DNA from: Thermodesulfobacteriota bacterium
GTDB taxonomy: Bacteria; Desulfobacterota_D; UBA1144; Nemesobacterales; Nemesobacteraceae
Assembly: GCA_965202785.1 (NCBI GenBank)
Contig: OZ241855.1
Coordinates: forward strand, 1,248,001 to 1,312,000
Length of the DNA: 64,000 bases
Direction: 5' to 3'
The position numbers and the translations under genes are program-made. The notes below the pieces were generated by a model. It saw only the letters and a program-made list of their open reading frames with translations, had not been told where the DNA came from and made no database searches. Position 1 is the first letter of the stretch. Each line of letters starts with the position of its first letter. Shown piece by piece: positions 56,388-64,000 of the stretch.

Positions 56388-58238
56388 ATGACCAAGGAGA
56401 AAACTGAGAGGCACGAGTTCCAGGCCGAAGTGCGAAGGCTGATGGATATCGTGATCAATTCCCTCTATACCGACAAGGAGATATTCATCAGGGAGCTGGT
56501 TTCAAACGCTTCTGACGCGCTTGAGAAACTGAGGTACATACAGCTTACCGAAAAAGAGATATACGACGAGGCTCTCCCGCTTGAAATCGAAATATCCACC
56601 TCAAGCGAAGACAATACGATCACTTTTACCGACTACGGCATCGGAATGAGCAGAAAGGATCTCGTTGACAACCTGGGAACTATAGCCCGCTCGGGCTCAA
56701 GGAGCTTTCTCGATGCGATAGAGAAAAGCGGGACCGAAGGCGGAGACCTGATTGGGCAGTTCGGGGTGGGCTTTTACAGCTCCTTTATGGTTGCCGACTC
56801 GGTTGAGGTGGTGACCCGCGGCTACAGGAGGAATTCAGAGCATCTCGTCTGGCGAAGCAGCGGGGACGGAGTGTTCGAGATGACAAAGGGAAAGGGGCAC
56901 AGAAGGGGAACGAAGGTCGTCGTGTCTCTGAGGGAGGATGCAAAGGAGTACTCAGACCCGGACGTGATAAGGGACATCCTTAGAAAATACTCCGCGTTTG
57001 TTCCCTTTCCCCTTAAGCTAAACGGTGAGCAGATAAACACCACTGAAGCCGTGTGGCTTCGCAACAAGAGCGAGATTACGGATCAGGAGTACGGCGGCTT
57101 CTACAGGTTCCAGACAAACTCCTTTGACGAACCAAGATACAGGCTTCATTTCTCCTCGGAAGCCCCGATTGACATGAACGTGCTTCTGTTCGTGCCGGAG
57201 GACAACATGGAGCGCCTGGGATTCGGGAGAATGGACCCCGGAGTGAGCCTTTACTCAAGGCGGGTTCTTATAGACGCCTCTCCCAAGAATCTTCTTCCCG
57301 AATGGGCGAGGTTCCTTAAGGGCGTGGTGGACAGCGCCGACATCCCCCTTAACATCTCAAGAGAGACCATGCAGGACAGCTCCCTTGTGAGGAAGCTTAA
57401 TTCCGCCATCACTAAAAGGTTCATAAGATTCCTTGAGCAGAGCTCGGCTGACGACCCGAAGAGTTACGGCGATTTCTACGGCAAGTTCGGTTTTTTCATA
57501 AAAGAGGGAGTGGCCTCGGATTTTGAGCACAAAGAGCAGCTTCGGGGGCTGCTACGCTTTGAGTCCTCCCGCAAGGGGGAAGGGGAACTGGTTTCCTTTG
57601 AGGATTACCTCTCGGGGATGCGCGAAGGCCAGGAGGAGATCTATTACCTGTTCGGTTCCTCAAGAGACACGCTTGAGAACGGACCCCACATGGAGTTTTT
57701 CCGCTCGGAGGATATCGAGGTTCTTTTCATATACGAACCGATTGACGAATTCGTTATGTCGACTCTCGGGGAGTATGAGGAAAAAAAGATTGTTTCCGCC
57801 GACAGCGTTGACGTAGGAGTTGCGGACAAGGATGCGGAGAGTTCTTCTGAGGGTCCCTCCGAGGAGGAAAAATCGCTCTGCGGCTGGATGAAGGGAGTGC
57901 TTGGCGAGAGGGTGGGGGATGTGCGCATGAGCCGGAGGCTCGTTGAGAGTCCCGCCGCCGCGTTTAACTCCGATTCCACCATGACCCAGGGAATGAAGAG
58001 GATCATGAGGAACATAAGCGCGGGCGCCGACATGCGTTCTGTTGTCCGCCTTGAGATAAACGGCGACCATGCGCTTATAAAAAATCTTGCTTCCATGAGA
58101 GAAAAAGACACAGAATTCGCCGCGATCATAGTGGAGCAGCTCTTTGATAACGCGCTTTTGGCCGCCGGGTACATGGAGAATCCCGGAAGCATGGTCGGAA
58201 GAATAAACAAGCTGCTTGAGCGGCTTAGTTCCGGGTGA
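56388..58238 (+). CDS. htpG: Molecular chaperone HtpG (Hsp90)
   Basis: FQAEV, SLYTDKEIFIRELVSNASDA, LGTIARSG, IGQFGVGFYS, PLNISRE. Confidence 0.97.
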   Translation: MTKEKTERHEFQAEVRRLMDIVINSLYTDKEIFIRELVSNASDALEKLRYIQLTEKEIYDEALPLEIEISTSSEDNTITFTDYGIGMSRKDLVDNLGTIARSGSRSFLDAIEKSGTEGGDLIGQFGVGFYSSFMVADSVEVVTRGYRRNSEHLVWRSSGDGVFEMTKGKGHRRGTKVVVSLREDAKEYSDPDVIRDILRKYSAFVPFPLKLNGEQINTTEAVWLRNKSEITDQEYGGFYRFQTNSFDEPRYRLHFSSEAPIDMNVLLFVPEDNMERLGFGRMDPGVSLYSRRVLIDASPKNLLPEWARFLKGVVDSADIPLNISRETMQDSSLVRKLNSAITKRFIRFLEQSSADDPKSYGDFYGKFGFFIKEGVASDFEHKEQLRGLLRFESSRKGEGELVSFEDYLSGMREGQEEIYYLFGSSRDTLENGPHMEFFRSEDIEVLFIYEPIDEFVMSTLGEYEEKKIVSADSVDVGVADKDAESSSEGPSEEEKSLCGWMKGVLGERVGDVRMSRRLVESPAAAFNSDSTMTQGMKRIMRNISAGADMRSVVRLEINGDHALIKNLASMREKDTEFAAIIVEQLFDNALLAAGYMENPGSMVGRINKLLERLSSG

Positions 58239-58247
58239 TGCCCGCAG

Positions 58248-58847
58248 ATGAACTACCTTGCCCATATCCGCCTTGCCGGGGATGACCCGGAGTGCCTGAT
58301 AGGAAATTTCCTGGGCGATTTCGTGAAGGGCCGCCTCACCGAGGACCGCTATCCCCCGGGCATAAGACGCGGGATAATGATGCACCGCAGGATTGACGCC
58401 TGGACGGATTCTCATGAGATAACGAGGGAGTGCGCCCGGCTTATAAGTCCCGAGCGCAGGCGCTGGAGCAGGGTTATTCTTGACATCTTCTATGACCACC
58501 TGCTTACCGTTAACTGGGAGAGGTATTCAGATGAGAGCCTGAGGGACTTTCTTGACAGGTCGTACGGTATAATCCTCGGGGCGGCGGATATCTTCCCCGA
58601 GCACGCGGCGGCCAGGATAAACACCATCATCAAGGACGGCTGGATAGAGAAGTACCGGAGCATTTCGGGTCTCAGCATCGTATTTCAGGGGATGTCGATA
58701 AGGGTAAGGAGAGAAAATCCCCTTTCCGGGTCCGAGCAAGAGCTCGTGGCGCACTACGACGAGATGAACGAGCATTTCAACCGGTTTTTCCCGGAAATTC
58801 TTGAATACGCGAAACATCTTGAAAAAGCGGACGAGATTCAGGCCTGA
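58248..58847 (+). CDS. acpH: Acyl carrier protein phosphodiesterase
   Basis: MNYLAH, GNFLGDFVKG, HRRIDAWTD, DIFYDH. Confidence 0.9.
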   Translation: MNYLAHIRLAGDDPECLIGNFLGDFVKGRLTEDRYPPGIRRGIMMHRRIDAWTDSHEITRECARLISPERRRWSRVILDIFYDHLLTVNWERYSDESLRDFLDRSYGIILGAADIFPEHAAARINTIIKDGWIEKYRSISGLSIVFQGMSIRVRRENPLSGSEQELVAHYDEMNEHFNRFFPEILEYAKHLEKADEIQA

Positions 58848-58901
58848 TTGATCCCGCACTTTTTCGCCGGACCCCGCGTCCGTCGAAAGTTACCCGGGAA
58901 C

Positions 58902-59771
58902 TCAGATGCCGAGCCCGAATCCGGTAGCGAAGGTGTAACCGACGTAGGCCCCCCATTCGCTGATTTCAAAATCGTAATCAACCCTTGCCGTCGAGGTGGT
59001 CAGCCCGTCTCCCGAGCTTGAATCGAATTTATACCTGGAGTAGATAACCCTCAGATCAAGACGATTCTGTTCGCTTCCGAATTCTACTCCGGCTCCCACG
59101 AGCCAGGGCCACGCGCTGAGTTCCTTGCGGTCCACGCCCGCAATCCGCTGGGTAGTGCCGTCGGGAAGAACGACCATGCCGTCATAACCGCCGTCAAACG
59201 AGAAGTCCGCCCACTTAACGCCTCCGACCAGGTAAATCGAACCGCCGCTTCCCAAGATGTCTTCCTGGGGCGAGAACCCCAGCTTCGCGTTAAATCCCGC
59301 GCTGTAGTTCTTCTCCAGGTCCCAGTCTCCGGGAAACACGTCGGGAGCGTCCGGCGAAGAAGTGTCATCAACTCCTTTGAGCCTGCCGTCTACTTTTTTG
59401 TTCAGGTTAAAGGCGAAGTCGAGTTCGCCTGAAAAATAGGTTTGGCCGGGGAGGTTCCATCGATGTCCCAAGATGGCCTTGATGGAGCCGATTCCGCCTT
59501 TGCCGTTATCGCTTTCGTAGGTCGACATGAGTTCCATGTCGGGAAAATTGTGAATTACCGCTTTCCTGTAATCCACGTCGGCGTATTCTCCTCCGACCGC
59601 CGCTCCGATGTAAAAACCGCCCATGCCCTCGGCATTTGCGGTCTGGGGTTGCGACGCGAAGCAAAAGGTTGCTAGGATTAAAGCCGCGGCAAGCTGCCGC
59701 AACCGGGCTCTCAACTGATTAAAATACCGTGGCGTGGCATGTACGGATGACCAAAAAGCTTCCTTTACCAT
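58902..59771 (-). CDS. Outer-membrane beta-barrel protein
   Basis: Signal-like hydrophobic segment, GFYIGAAVG, alternating beta-strands, GAGVEF, YVGYTF; exact start uncertain. Confidence 0.72.
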   Translation of the reverse strand: MVKEAFWSSVHATPRYFNQLRARLRQLAAALILATFCFASQPQTANAEGMGGFYIGAAVGGEYADVDYRKAVIHNFPDMELMSTYESDNGKGGIGSIKAILGHRWNLPGQTYFSGELDFAFNLNKKVDGRLKGVDDTSSPDAPDVFPGDWDLEKNYSAGFNAKLGFSPQEDILGSGGSIYLVGGVKWADFSFDGGYDGMVVLPDGTTQRIAGVDRKELSAWPWLVGAGVEFGSEQNRLDLRVIYSRYKFDSSSGDGLTTSTARVDYDFEISEWGAYVGYTFATGFGLGI

Positions 59772-59905
59772 TTCGTTTTTAACCCCCTTGCTTGTTTCGC
59801 CATTGTCGTTACTATTCGATTTTGATGGTATTATTCTATCTCAAATAACCCCTGAAGTTCTAGAGATTCCTATAACTAAACGCCCGATATAAACTGAGGC
59901 AAGAA

Positions 59906-60574
59906 ATGATCGATCTATACACTGCGGCCACGCCGAACGGCAAGAAGGTTTCAATAATGCTTGAAGAACTGGGAGCCGCCTACGAGGTTCACGCTCTTAA
60001 CCTCTCTGAGCTTGAACACAAGGAGCCGTGGTTTCTCGAGATAAACCCGAACGGGAAAATCCCCGCGATAGTTGATAATGATGACGGCACGGCGGTTTTT
60101 GAGTCAGGAGCCATACTCATATATCTTGCCGACAAGTTCGGAAGGTTTCTTGCGCCGGTCGGAGACAGTCGCAGAACGACGTGTATCCAGTGGCTCATGT
60201 TCCAGATGTCGGCTGTAGGGCCCATGCAGGGACAGCTGAACGTCTTTTTAAAGTACGCCCCGGAAAAAATACCCTATGCGATAAAGAGATACACCGAGGA
60301 GACTAAGAGGCTCTACTCGATACTCGACGAAAGACTCTCTGAGATGGAGTATCTTGCAGAAGAGTATTCGATCGCCGACATAGCCACGTGGCCCTGGATA
60401 AACGCTTACGATTGGGCGGAACTGGATCTCGGGGCTTTTCCGAATCTTACCAGGTGGCATGCCGAAGTCGGCAAAAGGCCCGCGGTAATAAGAGGAAGCG
60501 GGATTCCCCCAAGCCCGAAGGAAGAGGAAACGGAAGAAGAGAGGATAAAGAGAATTCAGAAACTGCTTTCCTAG
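59906..60574 (+). CDS. Glutathione S-transferase, Nu class (YfcG/YghU-like)
   Basis: [45 protein letters not shown]. Confidence 0.92.
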   Translation: MIDLYTAATPNGKKVSIMLEELGAAYEVHALNLSELEHKEPWFLEINPNGKIPAIVDNDDGTAVFESGAILIYLADKFGRFLAPVGDSRRTTCIQWLMFQMSAVGPMQGQLNVFLKYAPEKIPYAIKRYTEETKRLYSILDERLSEMEYLAEEYSIADIATWPWINAYDWAELDLGAFPNLTRWHAEVGKRPAVIRGSGIPPSPKEEETEEERIKRIQKLLS

Positions 60575-60672
60575 TCCTCCTGTGTCCGAGACGGGGGAGG
60601 TGGAAAAATCCTCTATCCGCTTTTTCCTTAAAAAAACAAAAAGGCTTTTTACAGCATTTGGGTTTGTTCTTA

Positions 60673-62133
60673 ATGTCCGAGGATAAGAAAAAAGACCGGA
60701 TCGTACTTGTGACGGGAGCAAGCGGTTACGTCGGCGGGCGGCTGGTTCCGGTCTTGGAGGGAAGGGGGGAGCGGGTACGTTGCCTTGCCCGCAACCCCGT
60801 ATATCTCGCCGGTCGTTTCTCTCCCGATACCCGGATTATCGCCGGCGATGTACTTGACCCCGATTCTCTTGAAACCGCGCTTGAGGGGGTGGACACGGCT
60901 TACTACATGGTCCATTCCATGGGTTCCGGGGACAATTTCGAGGAGCAGGACCGTATCGGGGCGCGTAATTTCGCCCGGGTTGCACGCCAACACGGGGTGC
61001 GCCGAATCATTTATCTGGGAGGCTTGGTCGGAGACGGCGAGCTTTCCTCTCATCTGGCAAGCCGCAGGGAAGTAGGGGATATTCTGGCCTCAGAAGGTCC
61101 CCTTACCTTGGAATTCCGCGCTTCGATCATAATCGGCTCGGGATCGCTTTCTTTTGAGCTGCTGCGAAGCCTGGTTGACAGGCTGCCGCTTATGGTCACC
61201 CCGAGCTGGGTGAGAACGTTAACCCAGCCCATCGCCATCGAAGATGTAATAGCCTATCTCATTTGCGGTCTGGATCTGGAACTGCAGGACAGCGCGGTTT
61301 TCGAAATCGCCGGTCCCGATCAGGTCACCTACGGCGAGCTGATGCAGGAGTACGCCCGCCAGATCGGCGTGCGGCGCTTCATGATTCCGGTGCCCGTCCT
61401 GAGCCCCAATCTCTCGAGTCTCTGGCTGGGGCTTGTGACTCCCCTTTACGCCCGGGTGGGCAGGAAACTCGTTGACGGTTTACGCAACGAGACCATTGTC
61501 CGCGATAAAGCGGCCCTCAAGCGTTTCCCGGTACATCCTCTGGGAGTGCCCGAAGCGATAGACCGGGCCCTTAAGCAGGAAGATATGGAGATTGCCCAGA
61601 CCCGCTGGAGCGACGCCGTGTCTTCAAGCGGCAACCGGCCGTCTCGGGACAGAGGGCGTTTCGGTTCACGGCTTATTAACCGCCGGCAGACCGTCGTTGA
61701 CGTGGAACCCGCCCGGGCCTTTGCGCCCATACGGCGCATCGGCGGAGACCAGGGCTGGTATTTTGCCACCTGGATATGGTATCTGCGCGGCCTGGCTGAT
61801 CTGCTAGTGGGCGGAGTAGGGATGCGGAGGGGCAGGCGGCACCCGACCGAATTGCGCCAGGGCGACCCCCTGGATTTCTGGCGCGTTGAGGGGTACGAGG
61901 AGAATCGACTGCTGAGCCTGAGAGCAGAGATGAGGTTGCCTGGTCAGGCGTGGCTTCAGTTTGAAGTCGAATCCGCTGAAAGGGGCAGTCGGATAACGCA
62001 GACGGCCGTTTTCCAGCCCCTAGGTCTCGGCGGCCTGCTTTACTGGTATGGTCTTTACCCGATCCACTGGATTATTTTCAGGAGGATGCTTAAAGAAATT
62101 GCGAGACGCGCGGCCAGATTTGCCAACTCATAG
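60673..62133 (+). CDS. YbjT-like atypical SDR with C-terminal DUF2867
   Basis: VTGASGYVGG, YYMVHSM, IIGSGSLSFE, DFWRVE, AEMRLPGQAWL, GLLYWY; start ATG 60673. Confidence 0.9.
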   Translation: MSEDKKKDRIVLVTGASGYVGGRLVPVLEGRGERVRCLARNPVYLAGRFSPDTRIIAGDVLDPDSLETALEGVDTAYYMVHSMGSGDNFEEQDRIGARNFARVARQHGVRRIIYLGGLVGDGELSSHLASRREVGDILASEGPLTLEFRASIIIGSGSLSFELLRSLVDRLPLMVTPSWVRTLTQPIAIEDVIAYLICGLDLELQDSAVFEIAGPDQVTYGELMQEYARQIGVRRFMIPVPVLSPNLSSLWLGLVTPLYARVGRKLVDGLRNETIVRDKAALKRFPVHPLGVPEAIDRALKQEDMEIAQTRWSDAVSSSGNRPSRDRGRFGSRLINRRQTVVDVEPARAFAPIRRIGGDQGWYFATWIWYLRGLADLLVGGVGMRRGRRHPTELRQGDPLDFWRVEGYEENRLLSLRAEMRLPGQAWLQFEVESAERGSRITQTAVFQPLGLGGLLYWYGLYPIHWIIFRRMLKEIARRAARFANS

Positions 62134-62226
62134 TCGGGTGCAATCTAAGAAAATTCCATGTTCATTGGTTTAGCTATATTGCTTCTTGCCGTACTTTTTT
62201 CGGTTGTCCGAGGCGATACCTCAGAT

Positions 62227-62255
62227 TTGACTATACTTCGACTGAAATATACAAT
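62227..62255 (+). promoter_or_regulatory. Putative sigma70 promoter of second Rieske gene
   Basis: TTGACT-17 nt-TACAAT. Confidence 0.6.
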
Positions 62256-62308
62256 TTTTGGAACTGGCTGGTACTTAACTTAACGCTGGATAAGCGGAGA
62301 TAGCATCA

Positions 62309-63352
62309 ATGAATCCAAACCCAAACATGCGCAAGGATGAAGCATTGCTTTATCCATTTCCGGAGGGCTGGTATTTTGTCGCCAGCCGCAAGATGATTGA
62401 AAAAAAAGGACTCCTGAAGAGAACTTGGCTTGGAGAACAGATTGTTGTCTGGTGCAACGGGGAGGGGGAAGTTTGCGTTGCTGAGGCGGTCTGTCCGCAT
62501 CTTGGAGCCGATCTTAGTCCTGAGGTAGGGGGACGGGTACGCAACGGTTGCCTCGTATGTCCTTTTCACGGTTTCCAGTTTGATGTAAGTGGTCAATGCG
62601 TGGCGACACCTTTCGCTCCTCCGCCAAAAACTGCCAAGCTGAAGGTGTTCGAGACACGTGAAATCGAGGGTCTTATCTTTGGTTGGTGGGGCAGCGGCGG
62701 TCGAGAACCTCAATGGCACCTGCCCGAAATTTCCACGACGGATACCGATTGGAGCGGGATGGAATTCTGCCACCTCCGTTTCCCGGGACATCCCCAGGAA
62801 ACTACCGAGAACTCCGTGGATGTTGCACATCTTAACTATGTGCACCACTACGACAGTGTGAACATTGTCGGTTCGGTATCAATTGACGGCACCTTGCTCA
62901 GGAACTCCTTCAATTTCAAACGTAGCCTTACAGTTGCTGGCATCAAGCTTTTCGAGTACGACGTTTCCGCGGTCGCCAGTATACACGGGCTTGGCTATTC
63001 AATTGTCGAGGTTCACGAACATTCGATCAACATGGACACCCGCCTGTGGGTGCTTGCAACACCGATTGATGGCAAATTTATTGAAATGACGTTGGTGAGC
63101 CAAGTGAGGCAACTTCGTAATCCGAAGGGACTGGGCCACGGGCTGCGACTCCTTCCCCTAGGACTCAGGACCCGCCTCATGAACAAGGTTCTCATTTCCT
63201 CCCAAGAGCATGACGTCATGCAGGATGTCGTCATCTGGAGCAACCTGAAACATCGGTCACTTCCGAGGCTTTGCAGTGTTGACGGCGATATCGGGAAGTA
63301 TCGGCGCTACTGCAGGCAGTTCTATCCGGATGGCCAGTATTATAATCCCTAG
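62309..63352 (+). CDS. Rieske non-heme iron oxygenase, Neverland/KshA-like (second copy)
   Basis: PFPEGWY, CPHLGADL..CPFHGF, ENSVDVAHLNYVH, QDVVIW..P.L..DGDIGKYRRYCRQFY. Confidence 0.87.
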   Translation: MNPNPNMRKDEALLYPFPEGWYFVASRKMIEKKGLLKRTWLGEQIVVWCNGEGEVCVAEAVCPHLGADLSPEVGGRVRNGCLVCPFHGFQFDVSGQCVATPFAPPPKTAKLKVFETREIEGLIFGWWGSGGREPQWHLPEISTTDTDWSGMEFCHLRFPGHPQETTENSVDVAHLNYVHHYDSVNIVGSVSIDGTLLRNSFNFKRSLTVAGIKLFEYDVSAVASIHGLGYSIVEVHEHSINMDTRLWVLATPIDGKFIEMTLVSQVRQLRNPKGLGHGLRLLPLGLRTRLMNKVLISSQEHDVMQDVVIWSNLKHRSLPRLCSVDGDIGKYRRYCRQFYPDGQYYNP

Positions 63353-63428
63353 AAGCATGTAGAGATGTTTATGCCGATTTCGGCATGCTATTCAGCTTTT
63401 CCATGCCGCACGGTGGAATCTTCGCGAT

Positions 63429-64000
63429 CTATGCGGTTGAGCCTCTCAATCGTTCCCTGATCTGCTCGCTGGTTTCCTTGGTTTCGTCAAGCAGCATGAG
63501 AAGCGGTGGAAGGAAGAAAAAATCTGCCAGTAGAGCAATAATTACCGTTATTCCTACCAAAAGACCGAGCACTTGGTTTCCCACCACCCCGGATGCTCCG
63601 AACACCATAAAGCCAAGCCCAAACACTATGGTAGTTGTAAACAGTGCCCTGCCCACAAAGCGAAAAGCTATTTGAACGGACTCCGAAGGCAGTTTCCCCG
63701 CTTTTCTGCTATCCGTATATTTTGTCATGAAGTGGATCGTGTCGTCCACGATGATGCCGAATGCTATAGCGGTGACGACCGCCGCCGGAACTCCTACCTC
63801 TCCGACCAAGTACCCCCACAGTCCCATGGCCATAGCGGCCGGAAGGAAATTGGGGATCAAACTGACCAGCCCCAGGCGTATGCTTCTGAATATGGCGAAC
63901 AGCAGCAGGGAGACGATGGCCATCGCCACAAAAGTTCCCTGCAACATATTTTCAATGTTCCTCTGAATCGAATGAGCCCCCACAATCGAAATTCCCGTAG
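63429..64000 (-). CDS. MMPL/RND-family lipid transporter, 5' part outside window
   Basis: LGLVSLIPNFLP, AIAFGIIVDDTIHF, VGRALFTTT, ALLADFFFLPPLL. Confidence 0.88.
   Translation of the reverse strand, partial: TGISIVGAHSIQRNIENMLQGTFVAMAIVSLLLFAIFRSIRLGLVSLIPNFLPAAMAMGLWGYLVGEVGVPAAVVTAIAFGIIVDDTIHFMTKYTDSRKAGKLPSESVQIAFRFVGRALFTTTIVFGLGFMVFGASGVVGNQVLGLLVGITVIIALLADFFFLPPLLMLLDETKETSEQIRERLRGSTA

Noticed and set aside
60388-63352. SDR plus Rieske as an SdmA/SdmB C-4 demethylase pair, and the 581-aa SDR length
   Set aside because: The SDR is YbjT/DUF2867-type and separated by a promoter; the extension upstream of 60673 overlaps the GST gene.

Overview
A gene-dense bacterial chromosome segment of moderate GC. 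The housekeeping backbone includes lysA, a hemD-hemE fusion with hemH and hemY, pfk, queG, obgE, pilD, recF, mgtE, a glyoxylate shunt (aceA/aceB), ychF, pyrD, argJ, recO, a futalosine menaquinone cluster (ubiA-like, ubiX, ubiD, mqnE), msrA, aat, tam, rpmE2, hemB, htpG and acpH, plus four tRNAs (Thr-CGT, Pro-TGG, Arg-TCT, His-GTG). Small accessory patches are interspersed. The most striking accessory theme is sterol chemistry at three separate loci. (i) A translationally coupled Neverland/KshA-like Rieske oxygenase and sterol C-24 methyltransferase (17.1-19.2 kb). (ii) A decaying operon with a Rieske C-terminal remnant, an intact FACKEL/ERG24-like sterol reductase and the first ~44 codons of a CYP51-like P450 (40.7-42.4 kb). 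(iii) A second Neverland-like Rieske next to an MMPL transporter (62.3-64 kb). An AT-rich orphan gene encodes an HEPN-STAND ATPase-TPR protein, a candidate NLR-like antiviral RNase (47.2-49.6 kb). Many erosion scars are visible: IS1634, IS3 and IS1595 relics, deletion pseudogenes and a three-part chimeric ORF. Gene content and decay suggest a host-associated marine bacterium such as a sponge-associated Ca. Dadabacteria lineage, but that is inference. All family assignments come from motif recognition by eye; no searches were run.
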